DNA of 64,000 nucleotides from Alphaproteobacteria bacterium (GTDB lineage: Bacteria > Pseudomonadota > Alphaproteobacteria > MPNO01). A program made the position numbers and the translations under genes. Where the stretch lies: NCBI GenBank assembly GCA_964291675.2, contig OZ219866.1, positions 448,001 to 512,000 of the forward strand. The letters run 5' to 3'. Shown here in pieces: positions 34,992 through 50,262 of this stretch. The notes beneath the pieces were generated by a model, which was not told the origin of the DNA, made no database searches, and saw nothing but the letters and a program-made list of their open reading frames with translations. Position 1 is the stretch's first letter, and every line of letters starts with the position of its first letter.

Positions 34992-35920
34992 CCCGCTTCG
35001 CCGCCGCGCCCGACCTCGCCGAGGCGATCGCCGCGTGGCAGATCTGGCTCGAGACCGAACGCCGCGTTTCCGCCCACACGACCGCGGCCTATCTCGGCGA
35101 TCTGAAGACCTTTCTCGACTTCGTCGCCGAACACAGAGGCGGGTTCGCCGGTCTCGCGGTCCTGGAGTCCCTGGAACACGGCGACTTCCGGTCCTATCTC
35201 GCGCAGCGGGCGATGAACGACCGGGCGCGTAGCTCGACCGCGCGTGCGCTGTCGGTGTTGCGCAGCTTCTTTCGATTTCTCGAACGCACCGAGCGGGCGC
35301 GGAACGGCGCGATCTCGGCGGTCAGGACGCCCCGCCTGCCGCACACGGTGCCGAAACCCGTCGCCGCCCGGGACGCGCTTGCGATGATCGCCCTGGCCGG
35401 CGACACGGCACGCAAGAAGCCGTGGATCGCGGCGCGCGACACCGCGCTTCTCCTCCTGCTCTACGGCGCCGGGCTGCGCATCGACGAAGCGCTCGGCCTC
35501 GACGCCGACCGGACCCCGTCGGGCGAGTCCCTGCGCATCCTCGGCAAGGGCGGCAAGGAACGCATCGTGCCGATCCTTCCGGCGGTGCGCGAGGCGGTGG
35601 CGGCCTATGTCGAGGCCTGCCCGTTCGCCCTGCGCGACGGTCCCCTGTTCCGCGGCGCGCGCGGCGGACGGCTGAATGCCGGCGTCGTGCAGCGCGAGCT
35701 GCGCACGATCCGCGGCGCCCTCGGCCTTCCCGAAACCGCGACGCCGCACGCCCTGCGCCACAGCTTCGCGACCCACCTGCTACAGGCGGGCGGCGATCTG
35801 CGCGCGATTCAGGAGCTTCTGGGCCACGCCTCGCTGTCGACCACGCAGCGCTACACGGAGGTCGACACGGCGACGCTGGTCGCGGTCTATAACGACGCCC
35901 ACCCCCGCGCGCGCGGCTGA
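34970..35920 (+). CDS. xerC: Tyrosine recombinase XerC
   Basis: LLYGAGLRIDE, GKGGKER, TPHALRHSFATH, LGHASLSTTQRY. Confidence 0.9.
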   Translation: MAAPPALARFAAAPDLAEAIAAWQIWLETERRVSAHTTAAYLGDLKTFLDFVAEHRGGFAGLAVLESLEHGDFRSYLAQRAMNDRARSSTARALSVLRSFFRFLERTERARNGAISAVRTPRLPHTVPKPVAARDALAMIALAGDTARKKPWIAARDTALLLLLYGAGLRIDEALGLDADRTPSGESLRILGKGGKERIVPILPAVREAVAAYVEACPFALRDGPLFRGARGGRLNAGVVQRELRTIRGALGLPETATPHALRHSFATHLLQAGGDLRAIQELLGHASLSTTQRYTEVDTATLVAVYNDAHPRARG

Positions 35921-35941
35921 CTCCGCCGCCCCGCCGGCATT

Positions 35942-37357
35942 TCAGATGTGGATCTCGCGGCCCTCGACCGCGAGCGCGGCCTCCTTGATCGCCTCGTTCA
36001 GCGTCGGATGGGCATGACAGGTGCGGGCGATATCCTCCGCCGAGGCGCCGAACTCGATGGCGAGCGCAAGCTCGGCGATCATCGTGCCCGCTTCGTGTCC
36101 GACGATATGGGCGCCGAGCAGCGCATCCGTCTCGGCGTCGGCGAGGATCTTCACGAAGCCGTCGACCGTCGCCTTGCTGCGCGCGCGTGCGTTGGCGGTG
36201 AACGGGAACCGGCCCACCCGGACCCGCCGACCCTGCTCGTGCAGCGCCTCTTCGGTCGCGCCCACCGAGGCGGCTTCGGGCTCGGTGTAGACCACGCCGG
36301 GGATGGCATCATAGTTGACGTGCCCGGCCTGGCCCGCCATCAGCTCCACCGCCGCGATCCCTTCCTCCTCCGCCTTGTGCGCCAGCATCGGGCCGGGGAT
36401 CGCATCGCCGATCGCGAAAATCCCCTTCGCATCGGTCTCGAAGCGTGCGTCCACGGCGATGAATCCGCGCGCGTCGCGCCGGACGCCCGCCTCCTCCAGC
36501 CCGAGACCTTGCGTGCACGGCCGGCGGCCGACGGCGACCAGAACGACATCGCAGTCGATGGTCTCGGCGTCGCCGCCGCCGGCGGGCGCGACGGCGATCC
36601 GCAGCCCGCCGCCGTGCCGCTTGGCCCCGGCCACCTGGGTGCCGGTCCGCAACGTCATCCCCTGCCTGGCGAGCGCACGGGTCATCTGCCGGGCGACCTC
36701 GCCGTCCATCGTCGGCAGGATCGTCTCCATGTACTCGACCACCGTCACCCTTGCGCCCAGGCGGCTCCAGACGGAGCCCATTTCGAGCCCGATATAGCCG
36801 CCGCCCACCACCACCATCCGGTCGGGCACGGCGGAGAGCGAGAGCGCCCCGGTCGAGGACAGGATGCGCTCCTCGTCGATCTCGAGCCCGTCGAGCGCCG
36901 CGGTCTCCGAACCGGTGGCGATCAGGATACGGTCGCCTTCGAGGGTGCGGGCCGGCGCGCCGCCATCCCCCGGGCGGACCGCGACACGGCCGGGGCCGGC
37001 GATCCGCGCGCGGCCGAGGATGGGCTCGATCCCGTTCTTCCTGAACAGGAAGGCGACCCCCTTGGTCAAATCCTCGACCACCTTGTCCTTGCGGGCGAGC
37101 ATCGCGGGCAGGTCGAGGGAAACGCCGTCGACCGCGACCCCGTGTTCGGCCAGCCGGTCGCGCGCCTCGACATAGCGTTCGGACGATTCGAGCAGCGCCT
37201 TGGAGGGAATGCAGCCGACATTGAGGCAGGTGCCGCCCAGGCTCGCGCGCTTGTCGATGCAGGCGACGGAGAAGCCGAGCTGGGCCGCGCGTATCGCCGC
37301 GCTGTAGCCGCCCGGACCGGCGCCGATGACGATCAGGTCGTAACGCTTGTCTGGCAC
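35942..37357 (-). CDS. lpdA: Dihydrolipoyl dehydrogenase (E3)
   Basis: GAGPGGY, GGTCLNVGCIPSK, GGGYIG, HAHPTLNE. Confidence 0.96.
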   Translation of the reverse strand: MPDKRYDLIVIGAGPGGYSAAIRAAQLGFSVACIDKRASLGGTCLNVGCIPSKALLESSERYVEARDRLAEHGVAVDGVSLDLPAMLARKDKVVEDLTKGVAFLFRKNGIEPILGRARIAGPGRVAVRPGDGGAPARTLEGDRILIATGSETAALDGLEIDEERILSSTGALSLSAVPDRMVVVGGGYIGLEMGSVWSRLGARVTVVEYMETILPTMDGEVARQMTRALARQGMTLRTGTQVAGAKRHGGGLRIAVAPAGGGDAETIDCDVVLVAVGRRPCTQGLGLEEAGVRRDARGFIAVDARFETDAKGIFAIGDAIPGPMLAHKAEEEGIAAVELMAGQAGHVNYDAIPGVVYTEPEAASVGATEEALHEQGRRVRVGRFPFTANARARSKATVDGFVKILADAETDALLGAHIVGHEAGTMIAELALAIEFGASAEDIARTCHAHPTLNEAIKEAALAVEGREIHI

Positions 37358-37367
37358 GGATCGGTTC

Positions 37368-38612
37368 TCAGGCTTCGAGCAGGATGCGCTCCGGATCCTC
37401 GATGCACTCCTTGATGCGGACCAGGAAGGTCACCGCCTCGCGGCCGTCGACGATGCGGTGATCGTAGGAGAGCGCGAGATACATCATCGGGCGCACCGTC
37501 ATCTCGTCCTCCACGACGACCGGCCGCTTCTCGATCTTGTGCATGCCGAGAATGCCCGACTGCGGCGGGTTGAGGATCGGGGTCGAGAGCAGCGAGCCGT
37601 AGACGCCGCCATTGGTCACGGTGAACGTGCCGCCGGTCAGGTCCTCCATCGAGAGCCTGCCCTCGCGCGCCCGGGCCGAGAGATCGGCGATACCCGCCTC
37701 GATGCCGGCGAAGGACAGCGCATCGGCGTCGCGCAGCACCGGCACCACGAGCCCCTGCTCGGTGCCGACGGCAACCGCGATGTCGTAGTGGTTCTTGTAG
37801 ACGATGTCGGTCCCGTCGACCTCCGCGTTGACCGCCGGCACCTCCTTGAGCGCGACCACCGCGGCCTTGACGAAAAAGCTCATGAAACCGAGGCGCACGC
37901 CGTGCCTCTTCTCGAAGGCCTCGCGCAGCCGCGCGCGCACCGCGATGACCGCGGACATGTCGACCTCGTTGAAGGTGGTCAGCATGGCGGCGGTGTTCTG
38001 GGCCTCCTTGAGGCGTTCGGCGATGCGCTGGCGCAGCCGCGTCATCGGCACGCGCTCCTCGCGCGCGGCGGCGGGGAAGGGGGCGACCCGGGCGGCAGCA
38101 GGATCGGGGGCGGGGGTCGCGGCCGGGGCCGGGGCCGGGGCCGCGTCGCCGTCCGCGTCGGCACTGCCGGCGAAATGGGCCAGAACGTCGCCCTTGGTCA
38201 GCCGCCCGTCCTTGCCCGTTCCCGCGATCTGCGCCGGGTCGAGCGCGTGCTCCTCGACCAGCTTGCGGACCGCGGGCGACAGCGCCTGCGGCGCCTCGGG
38301 CGACGCTGCGGGCTCGGGCTCCGGCGGCGGCGGGGAAGGGGCCGGGGGGGCCGAAGGCGGCGCGGCGGCGCTGCCCGCTGCCTCGATCTGGCCGAGAACG
38401 GCGCCGACCTCGACGGTCTGGCCCTCTGCGACCTCGATCGCGCCCAGCACGCCGGCGGAAGCGGCCGGCACTTCGAGCGTGATCTTGTCGGTCTCGAGCT
38501 CGACCAGCGGCTCGTCCATGACGACCGCATCGCCGGCCGATTTGAGCCATTTGGAGACGGTCGCTTCGGTCACCGATTCGCCGAGCGCGGGCACAACGAT
38601 CTGGGTCGCCAT
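37368..38612 (-). CDS. sucB: 2-oxoglutarate dehydrogenase E2 succinyltransferase
   Basis: Lipoyl domain ELETDKI, E3-binding domain, [12 protein letters not shown]. Confidence 0.96.
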   Translation of the reverse strand: MATQIVVPALGESVTEATVSKWLKSAGDAVVMDEPLVELETDKITLEVPAASAGVLGAIEVAEGQTVEVGAVLGQIEAAGSAAAPPSAPPAPSPPPPEPEPAASPEAPQALSPAVRKLVEEHALDPAQIAGTGKDGRLTKGDVLAHFAGSADADGDAAPAPAPAATPAPDPAAARVAPFPAAAREERVPMTRLRQRIAERLKEAQNTAAMLTTFNEVDMSAVIAVRARLREAFEKRHGVRLGFMSFFVKAAVVALKEVPAVNAEVDGTDIVYKNHYDIAVAVGTEQGLVVPVLRDADALSFAGIEAGIADLSARAREGRLSMEDLTGGTFTVTNGGVYGSLLSTPILNPPQSGILGMHKIEKRPVVVEDEMTVRPMMYLALSYDHRIVDGREAVTFLVRIKECIEDPERILLEA

Positions 38613-38671
38613 GGCTTCCTCTTTCTGCCGGTCGTGGGGAACCTGGCGGCGTCCCCGGTGGCGGGGCGGCG

Positions 38672-41500
38672 CTAGGCTGCGGCCAATGCCTCGTGGATCA
38701 GGCCCTTCTGTTCGCGGGCGTGCTGGGCGGCCAGCCCCGTCGCCGTCGAGGCGGCCTCGGGACGGCCGGCATAGACGGGCCGCGTGGCCCGAACGTCGAG
38801 TGTCGCAAGAAGCTCCTCGATCCGCCGGTCCATGTAGGTCCAGCCGCCCATGTTGCGCGGCTCCTCCTGGCACCACACGACCTGCGCGGAAGGATAGCGC
38901 GAGAGCTCCGCCCCGAGCGAGATGTTCGGGAAGGGGTAGAGCTGCTCGACCCTGACAAGGGCGATGTCGTCGATCTGCCGCTCTTCGCGGGCTGCCAGTA
39001 GGTCGTAATACACCTTGCCGCTGCACAGGACGACGCGGCGGATGTCCGCATCGGCCGCCGCCGTGCCGGGATCGGGGAGGACCCGGCGGAACGAGGACCC
39101 GGCGCACATGTCGTCGAGCCGCGAGACGCAAAGCTTGTGCCTGAGCAGCGACTTGGGCGTCATGACGATCAAAGGCTTGCGGAACTTGCGATGGATCTGC
39201 CGCCTCAGCGCGTGGAAGTAGTTGGCCGGGGTGGTGATGTTGCAGACCTGCATGTTGTCGTCGCCGCAAAGCTGGAGGTAGCGCTCGATGCGGGCCGAGG
39301 AATGCTCCGGCCCCTGGCCCTCGTAGCCATGCGGCAGCAGCATCACCAGCCCGGACATGCGCAGCCACTTGGTCTCGCCGGACGAGATGAACTGGTCGAT
39401 GATGAACTGCGCCCCGTTGGCGAAGTCGCCGAACTGCGCCTCCCACAGCACCAGCATGTTCGGGTCGGCGAGCGACATGCCGTATTCGAAGCCGAGCACC
39501 GAGGCCTCGGCCAGCGGGCTGTCGCGCACCGCGAGCCTCTCCTGCCGGTCGCAGACATGGGCGAGCGGCGTATAGGCTTCCTGGGTCTCCTGATCGATAA
39601 GCACCGCGTGGCGCTGGGAGAACGTCCCGCGGCGGCAGTCCTGGCCGCTGAGGCGCACGAAACGCCCCTCGGCGAGGATGGTGCCGAAGGCGAGCGCCTC
39701 GGCGGTCGCCCAGTCGACGCCCTCGCCGGTCTCGAACATCGCCCTGCGGGCGTCGATGAAGCGCTGGAGCTTGGGGTTGAGGTTGAAGCCCTCGGGAACC
39801 GCGCTCAGCGCGCGGCCCACCGCGTCGAGCGCTTCCCTTGTGACGGCGGTCTCGCCGCGCCGTTCCTCGAGCGACGGGGCGGTGGTGATCTCCGCCCATT
39901 CGCCCTCCAGCCAGTCCGCCTTGTTGGGCTTGTAGCTCTTGGCCGCCTCGAAAGCATCCTCCAGCCGCTGCCGGCACTCCCGGGTGACGCCGTCGACGGC
40001 CTCGCGGGTCAACAGGCCTTCCTCGACCAGCCGGTCGCCATAGACCGATGCGACGGTCGGATGGTCGGCGATCGCCCGGTACATCACGGGCTGGGTGAAG
40101 GCGGGCTCGTCGGACTCGTTGTGCCCGAAACGGCGATAGGACCAGATGTCGAGCACCACATCCTTGCGGAACTTGTCGCGGAATTCGGTCGCGATGCGCG
40201 CGACATGGATCACCGCCTCCACGTCGTCGCCGTTGACGTGGAAGATCGGCGCCTGCACGCATTTGGCGATTTCGGTCGGGTAGCGCGAGGCGCGCGTCGC
40301 CGCCGGGCTGGTGGTAAAGCCGATCTGGTTGTTGACCACGAGATGGATCGTCCCGCCGGTCCGGTAGCCCGCGATCTCCGACAGCCCGAAGGTCTCGGCG
40401 ACCATGCCCTGGCCGGCGAAGGCCGCGTCGCCGTGCATCAGGATGCCGATCACGCGGCGGCGCTCGCGGTCGCCGCGCTGGCGCTGCTTGGCCCGGACCT
40501 TGCCGACGACGACCGGATCGACGGCTTCGAGATGGGACGGGTTGGCGGCGAGCGAAAGATGCACCTTGATGCCGTCGAACTCGCGGTCGGCTGACGCTCC
40601 GAGATGATATTTTACGTCGCCCGAGCCGATCGATTCCGGCTGGTGCGACATGCCGCGGAATTCCGCGAATATCGCCGCATAGGGCTTCAGCATGACATGG
40701 GCGAGGACGTTGAGCCGCCCGCGATGCGGCATGCCGAGCACGACCTCCTCGACGCCGAGCTGGGTGCCCCGCTTGAGGATCTGTTCCAGCGCCGGGATCA
40801 GCGACTCGCTGCCGTCGAGCCCGAAGCGCTTGGTGCCGGGATAGCGCACATGGAGGAACCGCTCGAAGGATTCGGCCTCGACCAGACGTTCGTGAATGGT
40901 CTCCTTGCCGCGCTCGGTGAAATCGGTCCGGTTGTGGATCTCCTCGATGCGGTCCTGGATCCAGATCTTCTCCTCGGCCGAGGTGATGTGCATGTATTCC
41001 ACGCCGACCGTGCCGCAATAGGTCCGGCGCAGACGATCCACGATCTGGCGCAGCGTGGCGCGTTCGAAGCCGAGCGTGTTGACATAGATCGGCCGGTCGT
41101 GGTCCGCCTCGGTGAAGCCGTAGCTCTCGGGGTCGAGCTCGCTGTGCGGCGGATGCTTCTCGAGCCCGAGCGGGTCGAGGTCGCAGTACAGATGACCGCG
41201 CACGCGGTGCGAGCGGATCAGGGTCAGCGCCTGCAGCGAATCCCGCGTCGCCTGGCGCAGATCGACGCCATCGGCGGCGGGCGCGCCGGCCGGAGCCGCG
41301 GGCCGTTCCGCGTCGGTCGCCTGCCCGGGCGCATCGTCGAGCGCGCGGAGCACGCCCGGCGCCTCGTCGCGCAAATCGGCGAAGAACGCGGCCCAGTCGG
41401 CGTCGACCGATTCCGGGTCGGCGGCAAACCTGGCGTAGAGCTCCTCGATGAAGGGGGCGTTCGCGCCCGCAAGGAAGCTGGTGTCTGCGGGTTTGGTCAT
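38672..41500 (-). CDS. sucA: 2-oxoglutarate dehydrogenase E1
   Basis: [26 protein letters not shown]...[18 protein letters not shown]. Confidence 0.96.
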   Translation of the reverse strand: MTKPADTSFLAGANAPFIEELYARFAADPESVDADWAAFFADLRDEAPGVLRALDDAPGQATDAERPAAPAGAPAADGVDLRQATRDSLQALTLIRSHRVRGHLYCDLDPLGLEKHPPHSELDPESYGFTEADHDRPIYVNTLGFERATLRQIVDRLRRTYCGTVGVEYMHITSAEEKIWIQDRIEEIHNRTDFTERGKETIHERLVEAESFERFLHVRYPGTKRFGLDGSESLIPALEQILKRGTQLGVEEVVLGMPHRGRLNVLAHVMLKPYAAIFAEFRGMSHQPESIGSGDVKYHLGASADREFDGIKVHLSLAANPSHLEAVDPVVVGKVRAKQRQRGDRERRRVIGILMHGDAAFAGQGMVAETFGLSEIAGYRTGGTIHLVVNNQIGFTTSPAATRASRYPTEIAKCVQAPIFHVNGDDVEAVIHVARIATEFRDKFRKDVVLDIWSYRRFGHNESDEPAFTQPVMYRAIADHPTVASVYGDRLVEEGLLTREAVDGVTRECRQRLEDAFEAAKSYKPNKADWLEGEWAEITTAPSLEERRGETAVTREALDAVGRALSAVPEGFNLNPKLQRFIDARRAMFETGEGVDWATAEALAFGTILAEGRFVRLSGQDCRRGTFSQRHAVLIDQETQEAYTPLAHVCDRQERLAVRDSPLAEASVLGFEYGMSLADPNMLVLWEAQFGDFANGAQFIIDQFISSGETKWLRMSGLVMLLPHGYEGQGPEHSSARIERYLQLCGDDNMQVCNITTPANYFHALRRQIHRKFRKPLIVMTPKSLLRHKLCVSRLDDMCAGSSFRRVLPDPGTAAADADIRRVVLCSGKVYYDLLAAREERQIDDIALVRVEQLYPFPNISLGAELSRYPSAQVVWCQEEPRNMGGWTYMDRRIEELLATLDVRATRPVYAGRPEAASTATGLAAQHAREQKGLIHEALAAA

Positions 41501-41569
41501 GGGCTTTGGCTCAGCTCGTTGCTCCGTCTGCGCTACCGCAACGCGGGATCGCCGGTCCTGGGGCGGGGT

Positions 41570-42445
41570 TCAGCCCCGCATCGCCTCGGCCATGGTTTCG
41601 CCGATGGCGGCGGGAGAGGAGGCGACCCTTATGCCGGCGTCCCTGAAGGCTTCGATCTTGTCTCCCGCGGCGCCCTTGCCGCCCGAGATTATCGCGCCGG
41701 CATGCCCCATCCGGCGTCCGGGCGGGGCGGTCACACCGGCGATGAAGCCGACGATCGGCTTGCTGGTTTTCGATTGCTTGACGAACGACGCGGCGTCTTC
41801 CTCGGCGCCGCCGCCGATCTCGCCGATCAAGACGATGCCTTCGGTCTCCTCGTCCGCCAGAAAGGCTTCGAGGCAATCGACGAAGTCGGTGCCGTTCACC
41901 GGATCGCCACCGATCCCGACGCAGGTCGACTGGCCGAGCCCCGCCGCCGTGGTCTGCGCCACCGCCTCGTAGGTCAGGGTTCCCGAGCGCGAGACGATGC
42001 CGATCCTGCCGCGCAGGTGGATATGTCCCGGCATGATGCCGATCTTGCACTCGTCGGGCGTGATCACGCCCGGGCAGTTGGGGCCGATCAGCCGCGAGTC
42101 GGAGCCTTCGAGCACGCGCTTGACCCGCACCATGTCGATCACCGGGATACCCTCGGTGATACAGACGATCAGCGCGACTTCGGCCTCGATCGCCTCGAGG
42201 ATCGCATCGGCCGCGAAGGGCGGTGGGACGTAGATCACCGAGGCGTCCGCGCCGGTCCGTTCGACCGCCTCGGCTACGGTGTCGAACACGTCGAGGTCGA
42301 GATGCCTTGTGCCGCCCTTGCCGGGCGTCACCCCGCCGACCATCCGGGTTCCGTAGGCGATCGCCTGCTCGGAATGAAACGTGCCCTGCGCGCCGGTGAA
42401 GCCCTGGCAGATGACCCGGGTCTCGGCGCCGACGAAGACGGCCAT
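41570..42445 (-). CDS. sucD: Succinyl-CoA synthetase alpha subunit
   Basis: [27 protein letters not shown]. Confidence 0.97.
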   Translation of the reverse strand: MAVFVGAETRVICQGFTGAQGTFHSEQAIAYGTRMVGGVTPGKGGTRHLDLDVFDTVAEAVERTGADASVIYVPPPFAADAILEAIEAEVALIVCITEGIPVIDMVRVKRVLEGSDSRLIGPNCPGVITPDECKIGIMPGHIHLRGRIGIVSRSGTLTYEAVAQTTAAGLGQSTCVGIGGDPVNGTDFVDCLEAFLADEETEGIVLIGEIGGGAEEDAASFVKQSKTSKPIVGFIAGVTAPPGRRMGHAGAIISGGKGAAGDKIEAFRDAGIRVASSPAAIGETMAEAMRG

Positions 42446-43614
42446 CAGCCGGCCTCCCGCACGGCGTGGACCACGCGCTCGGCCGCTTCCGCGAGCGTAT
42501 CCGCCGAGATGATCAACAGCCCCGAATCCGCCAGAAGCTTCTTGCCCAGCTCCACATTGGTGCCGGCGAGGCGGACCACAAGGGGTACGTTGAGATTGAT
42601 CTCGCGCGCCGCCGCGACCACGCCTTCGGCGATGACGTCGCAGCGCATGATTCCGCCGAAGATGTTGACCAGGATACCTTCGACATGGGGATCGGAGAGG
42701 ATCAGCTTGAACGCCGCGGTCACCCGCTCGCGCGAGGCGCCGCCGCCGACATCGAGGAAGTTCGCGGGCTCGCCGCCATGCAGCTTGATGATGTCCATCG
42801 TCGCCATGGCCAGCCCGGCGCCGTTGACCATGCAGCCGATATTGCCGTCGAGCTTGATGTAGTTGAGGTCGTGCTTGAGCGCCTCGCGCTCCATCGCGTC
42901 CTCTTCGTCCTCGTCGCGCAGCTCGATCACGTCGGAATGCCGGAACAGCGCGTTGTCGTCGAACGCCATCTTGGCGTCGAGCGCGATCACCTCTCCGGCG
43001 CCGGTCACCACCAGCGGGTTGATCTCGACGATCGACGCGTCGAGCCCGATAAAGGCCTCGTAGATGCCGGTGATGAACCTCACCGCGTCGTTCAGCTGCC
43101 CGTCGCCGAGGGCGAGGCCGAAGGCGATCCGGCGTGCGTGGTGGGGCCGGATTCCGGTCGCGGGATCGATGTCGGCGGCGATGATCTTCTCGGGCGCATC
43201 GGCGGCGACCCGCTCGATCTCCATGCCGCCCTCGGTCGACGCCATGACGGTCACCCGGCCGGTCTCGCGGTCGACCAGCATGCCGAGATAGAGTTCGCGG
43301 GCGATGTCGCAGCCTTCCTCGACATAGACCCGCTTGACCCGGCGGCCTTCCGGCCCGGTCTGGTGGGTGACGAGGTTCATGCCGATCATCGCCTGGGCGG
43401 CGTCGCGCACGTCGTCGACCGACCGGACCACCCTGACCCCGCCGCCCTTGCCGCGCCCGCCGGCGTGGATCTGCGCCTTGACCACCCAGACCGGCCCGCC
43501 GAGCGCGTTCGCCGCATCGACCGCCTCGGCGGCGGTGTAGGCGACCTTGCCGCGCGGCACGGCGACGCCGTAGCGGGCGAGGAGCTGCTTCGCCTGGTAC
43601 TCGTGGATATTCAT
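42445..43614 (-). CDS. sucC: Succinyl-CoA synthetase beta subunit
   Basis: [38 protein letters not shown]. Confidence 0.97.
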   Translation of the reverse strand: MNIHEYQAKQLLARYGVAVPRGKVAYTAAEAVDAANALGGPVWVVKAQIHAGGRGKGGGVRVVRSVDDVRDAAQAMIGMNLVTHQTGPEGRRVKRVYVEEGCDIARELYLGMLVDRETGRVTVMASTEGGMEIERVAADAPEKIIAADIDPATGIRPHHARRIAFGLALGDGQLNDAVRFITGIYEAFIGLDASIVEINPLVVTGAGEVIALDAKMAFDDNALFRHSDVIELRDEDEEDAMEREALKHDLNYIKLDGNIGCMVNGAGLAMATMDIIKLHGGEPANFLDVGGGASRERVTAAFKLILSDPHVEGILVNIFGGIMRCDVIAEGVVAAAREINLNVPLVVRLAGTNVELGKKLLADSGLLIISADTLAEAAERVVHAVREAG

Positions 43615-43633
43615 TGCGACCCCGCGTCGCGGA

Positions 43634-45806
<2,173 letters not shown>

Positions 45807-45874
45807 CGCATTCCGTGTCGGTGGAGACGTCTCGGCGGCGGATGGCGGCACTCTCTTCCGGTCCCCGTCCGCCG

Positions 45875-48613
45875 TCAACCGGCGGGCGGCGCGAGAAAGG
45901 CTCGCGTGGCGTCGACCGCCTCGGCGAGGCCGACGCGTTCGACGGCGACCTCGTCCGGGAAGGCGCCGCTCAGCCGCGACGGCATCCTCGGGTCGAGCAG
46001 GACGAACACGCCGCGGTCGTCGGCCTGGCGCACCAGCCGGCCGAAGGCCTGCTTGAGACGGAGCCGGGCCAGCATGTCGTCGTAGCGGATGTCAGGGAAC
46101 GCCTTGCGGCGTTCGCGATGGAGGATGGTGGGCCGCGGCCAGGGCAGGCGATCGAACACGATCAGCCGCAGCGAACGGCCCGGCACGTCCACGCCGTCCC
46201 GCATCGCGTCGGTGCCCAGCATGCAGGAATCGGTCTCGGCCCGGAATATGTCGACCAGGCTGGTGGTATCGAGACTGTCGACATGCTGGGCGAGCAAAGC
46301 AAGGCCGGCCTTCTCCATGTCGGCGGCGATGCGCTCGTAGACCGCGCGCAGCCGGGCGATCGCGGTGAACAGGCCGAGCGCACCGCCGGCCGAGGCCTGC
46401 ATCAGCGCGCGGTAGGCGGCGGCGACCCGGTCGAGGTCGTTCCTGCGGACATCGGTTACGACGAACACCCGCGCGAGCCGGGCATAGTCGAACGGCGAGG
46501 GTACGTCGACGCGGACGGCCGGCGCCGCCAGGTGGCGCGCGCCGGTCCGCATCTCGGCAACCCCCCAGTCCGCCTCGACGTCCCCGGTCGCGTCGCGCAG
46601 CGTGGCCGACGTCACGACGATGCCGTGGCTCGGCGCCGCGACCAGCCGGGCGAAGGGCAGCAACGGGTCGAGCCAATGGCGATGCATGGCAACATCGACA
46701 TCGCGCCCCTGGAGGCGGCTTACCGAGAACCAGTCGACGAAGGTCTCGGGCGGGCCGTCGTGCAGCGCGCGCAGCATGGCGCGCCAGGCTTCGAGTTGGC
46801 CCTCGATCCTGATCCCGAGGCCGCGCGCGGCGGCGTCGAGGCGGTTGCGGGTCGGCGTGTCGAGCTCGTCGGCCCGTTCGTCGAGCAGGGCTTCCAGGCG
46901 CTGCGACACCCTCTGCGCCGGCGCGATCAGCCGGTCGAGCGCCGCCGCCAGACGGTCCGCCGCCTCGATCAGCCCGGGGACCGGCGGCCCGGTCTCGGCC
47001 TCCAGATCGTAGGGGATGCCGGTATCCCGGGCGCGGGCGTAGACCTGTCGGCGAATTGCGGCGAGGAAGGCCTCGGCGGTCCCGCTCGGCGCATCCCGCG
47101 CAAGCCGCGCGTTCCAGCCGGACGCGGGCAGGACCCGTGCCGCTTCGAGGGTCGCCTGGAGGGCCTCGCCCAGGGCGTCGTCAAGCATCGCCGCGTCCTC
47201 GATGCGCCGCGCGAGGCCTCGCGCGCGCTCCTGGCGCCGGTCCTCCGCACCGCGCAGCCAGCGCCTGAGATCCGCCCCCTCCTGCCCGCTGAGGCGCGCG
47301 GCGAACGCGCCGTCGGCGGCATCGAACACATGGTGCCCCTCGTCGAAGATCACGCGGGTCGGCGCGAGGCGCTCCGCCGCTCCGCCGGCGGCCGCCAGCG
47401 TCATCACCAGGGCATGGTTGGCGATGACGATTTCGGCCCGCCTGGCGCGCCGGGCGGTGCGTTCGATGAAACATTTGTGGTAGTGGGCGCAGGCGGAGTA
47501 GATGCACTCTCCCCGCCGGTGCGCGAGGTCGAGCGTGCCGCGGCGTCCCAGCAGGTCGGCGAGCCAGGCCGGGAAGTCCCCGCCCGCCATGTCGCCGTCC
47601 CGGGTCGCCGCGGTCCAGCGCGCGACGAGGCCGAGGGCGACCGCGCTGTCGGAGCCGGCGCCGCCGACGCGCCCGAGCGCCTCCTCCAGGTTCAGCAGGC
47701 ACAGATAGTTGTCGCGTCCCTTGCGGACCACCACCCGGCGGTGCTTGACATCGGGGTCGGGGTGGAGGCGGTCGAGCTCGCCGTCGATCTGGCGCTGCAG
47801 GTTGCGGGTGAAGGTGCTGATCCACACCGGCCCGCCGTTCTTCTCCGCCCACAGGCTCGCCGGCGCGATATAGCCGAGCGTCTTGCCGACGCCGGTGCCG
47901 GCCTCGGCGATCACCGCGTTGGGGCAATCCTCGCGGTCGCGCGGCGCGAAGGCCCCGGTCAGCGCGGAGGTGTAGTCGGCCTGCCCCGACCGGTCCTCCG
48001 CGCCGGGTCCGAGCAGACCGGCGAGCCGGCGCCTCGCCTCGGCCGGTTCCACGGCGGCGCCGCCGGGCGGCGGCGGGGGCGCGTGTTCGGAGATCTCGGG
48101 CAGGCGGTTCCAGACGCGGAGCGCCCTTGAGTCCGCCGGGGCGCCATCGGCGCCGCCGAGCCGGTCGAGAACGGCCGGACCCCAGGGCCAGCCGGAAGCC
48201 GCCATGAACGACGCGATGGCAGCGCCGTCCCGGTCGTCCGCCTCATCGAGCTCGTCGAGCAGCGCCCCGGCGGCGCGGGCGAGAGCGAGCGCCTCCTCCC
48301 GCAGCCCCCGGGGGCGCGGCAGGCCGAGCGCGTCGGCGAGCCCGCCCGGGGTCGGCAGGCAGCGGATGGCCGGGCGGACGAAGGCGAACAGCTCGAGCAG
48401 GTCGCAGGCCCTGAACGGCCTTGCGCCGAGTCGCTGCGCGACCGATTTCCGGTGGCACAGGATGGGAACCATTCCCGCGCCCAGCGCGGCGACCGCGTCG
48501 CGATGCGCCAGCGTCCGCGCCTCGCCCGCGGCATCGAGGATCAGGGATTCCCGGATATTGGCGACCAGCACCGGATGGTCGGCGGAATCGCCAAAGAGGT
48601 CGGCCGATGCCAT
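45875..48613 (-). CDS. DinG/XPD-family ATP-dependent helicase with Fe-S cluster
   Basis: [17 protein letters not shown]...[29 protein letters not shown]. Confidence 0.92.
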   Translation of the reverse strand: MASADLFGDSADHPVLVANIRESLILDAAGEARTLAHRDAVAALGAGMVPILCHRKSVAQRLGARPFRACDLLELFAFVRPAIRCLPTPGGLADALGLPRPRGLREEALALARAAGALLDELDEADDRDGAAIASFMAASGWPWGPAVLDRLGGADGAPADSRALRVWNRLPEISEHAPPPPPGGAAVEPAEARRRLAGLLGPGAEDRSGQADYTSALTGAFAPRDREDCPNAVIAEAGTGVGKTLGYIAPASLWAEKNGGPVWISTFTRNLQRQIDGELDRLHPDPDVKHRRVVVRKGRDNYLCLLNLEEALGRVGGAGSDSAVALGLVARWTAATRDGDMAGGDFPAWLADLLGRRGTLDLAHRRGECIYSACAHYHKCFIERTARRARRAEIVIANHALVMTLAAAGGAAERLAPTRVIFDEGHHVFDAADGAFAARLSGQEGADLRRWLRGAEDRRQERARGLARRIEDAAMLDDALGEALQATLEAARVLPASGWNARLARDAPSGTAEAFLAAIRRQVYARARDTGIPYDLEAETGPPVPGLIEAADRLAAALDRLIAPAQRVSQRLEALLDERADELDTPTRNRLDAAARGLGIRIEGQLEAWRAMLRALHDGPPETFVDWFSVSRLQGRDVDVAMHRHWLDPLLPFARLVAAPSHGIVVTSATLRDATGDVEADWGVAEMRTGARHLAAPAVRVDVPSPFDYARLARVFVVTDVRRNDLDRVAAAYRALMQASAGGALGLFTAIARLRAVYERIAADMEKAGLALLAQHVDSLDTTSLVDIFRAETDSCMLGTDAMRDGVDVPGRSLRLIVFDRLPWPRPTILHRERRKAFPDIRYDDMLARLRLKQAFGRLVRQADDRGVFVLLDPRMPSRLSGAFPDEVAVERVGLAEAVDATRAFLAPPAG

Positions 48614-48678
48614 ATCCCGACTATACTACAGCGCCGCCGGTCGACGCCGGACGGCGCGATACCCGAGCAGTGCGAGCG

Positions 48679-50259
48679 ATGAGCGGAAAGACACCGGCCG
48701 ACGAGCCCCGATCCTGGCCCTTCGAGGAGGCGCGCAAGGTCCTGAAACGGACCGGCGGCACGGTCCCGGCGACGGGTCACGTCCTGTTCGCGACCGGCTA
48801 CGGCCCGTCGGGGCTGCCCCATATCGGGACGTTCGGGGAGGTCGTCCGCACCCAGATGGTGCGCCGGGCGCTTGCCGAGCTGTCGGACCTGCCGACCCGG
48901 CTGTTCGCCTTTTCCGACGACATGGACGGGCTGCGCAAGGTCCCGGACAACATCCCGAACCCCGACATGGTGGCGCGGCATCTGGGCAAGCCGCTCACCG
49001 CGATCCCGGACCCGTTCGGCACGCATGAGAGCTTCGGCCACCACAACAACGCCCGGCTGCGCAGCTTCCTGGACCGTTTCGGCTTCGACTACGCGTTCAA
49101 GAGCGCGACCGAATGCTACGAGTCGGGCGCTTTCGACGCGACGCTGCTCGCCATCCTCGCCGACTACGAGCGCATCACCAACGTGATCCTGCCGACGCTC
49201 GGGCCGGAACGGCGTGCGACCTACAGCCCGTTCCTGCCGCTCTGCCCCGATACCGGACGGGTGCTGCAGGCGCCGGTCGTCGCCCGCGACGTCGATGCCG
49301 GCACCATCGCCTACCGGGCGGATGACGGGCGCAGCGTCGAGGTCCCGGTGACGGGGGGGCATTGCAAGCTGCAATGGAAGGCGGACTGGGCGATGCGCTG
49401 GGTCGCGCTCGGCGTCGATTACGAGATGTCGGGCAAGGACCTGATCGACTCGGTCCGGCTGTCGGGGCAGATCTGCCGGCTGCTCGGCGCGCGCCCGCCC
49501 GAAGGCTTCACCTACGAGCTGTTTCTCGACGAGGCGGGGGAGAAGATATCGAAGTCGCGCGGCAACGGGCTGTCGGTCGAGGAGTGGCTGACCTACGCGC
49601 CGACCGAGAGCCTGGCGCTGTTCATGTACAACTCGCCGCGCAAGGCGAAGCGGCTCTATTTCGACGTCATCCCGCGCCAGGTCGACGACTATCTCGGCTG
49701 GCTGGAGAAATTCGCCGGCCAGAACGGGGCCGAGAGGCGGGACAACCCGGCATGGCACATCCACGCCGGCGAGCCGCCCGCGCCGGAGGGGCATGTCGGG
49801 TTCGGACTGCTGCTCAACCTCGCCTCGGCCTGCAACGCCGAGGACGCGGCGATGCTGTGGGGCTTCATCACCCGCTACGCGCCCGCGGCCACGCCGGCGA
49901 GCGCGCCGATCCTCGACCGCCTGGTCGGGCATGCGCTCGCCTACTACCGGGACGTCGTCAAGCCGGCCAAGCGCTACCGCAAGGCAACCGACGAAGAGCG
50001 CGCGGCGATCGCCGAGCTCGCCGACGCGCTGGAAGCGCTGCCGCCGGGCGCCGACGCCGAGACCGTCCAGAACGAGGTCTACGCCATTGGCAAGCGGCAC
50101 GACTTCGCGAGCCTGCGCGACTGGTTCCGCGCGCTCTACGAAGTCCTGCTCGGCCAGAGCCAGGGCCCCCGCTTCGGCTCGTTCGTCGCGCTCTACGGGA
50201 TCGCCGAGACGGTCGCCCTGATGCGCCGGGCGCAGGCCGGCGAAACCGTCGCGGGATAG
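48679..50259 (+). CDS. lysS: Lysine--tRNA ligase, class I
   Basis: [27 protein letters not shown] (KMSKS-like), QGPRFG. Confidence 0.95.
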   Translation: MSGKTPADEPRSWPFEEARKVLKRTGGTVPATGHVLFATGYGPSGLPHIGTFGEVVRTQMVRRALAELSDLPTRLFAFSDDMDGLRKVPDNIPNPDMVARHLGKPLTAIPDPFGTHESFGHHNNARLRSFLDRFGFDYAFKSATECYESGAFDATLLAILADYERITNVILPTLGPERRATYSPFLPLCPDTGRVLQAPVVARDVDAGTIAYRADDGRSVEVPVTGGHCKLQWKADWAMRWVALGVDYEMSGKDLIDSVRLSGQICRLLGARPPEGFTYELFLDEAGEKISKSRGNGLSVEEWLTYAPTESLALFMYNSPRKAKRLYFDVIPRQVDDYLGWLEKFAGQNGAERRDNPAWHIHAGEPPAPEGHVGFGLLLNLASACNAEDAAMLWGFITRYAPAATPASAPILDRLVGHALAYYRDVVKPAKRYRKATDEERAAIAELADALEALPPGADAETVQNEVYAIGKRHDFASLRDWFRALYEVLLGQSQGPRFGSFVALYGIAETVALMRRAQAGETVAG

Positions 50260-50262
50260 TCG

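Noticed and set aside
34970-35920. Tyrosine recombinase as a prophage or island integrase
   Set aside because: Size, motifs and DUF484/lpdA context fit housekeeping XerC; no att site, tRNA or phage genes nearby.
38085-38165. GGGGCC-type tandem repeats in sucB
   Set aside because: They encode the ordinary Pro/Ala linker of E2 subunits.
37368-41018. 1216-aa ORF suggesting a sucA-sucB fusion or extension (similar upstream extensions on proB, alpha-E and the M20 gene)
   Set aside because: The extensions are off-frame overlaps with the upstream genes; each real gene has its own start and stop.
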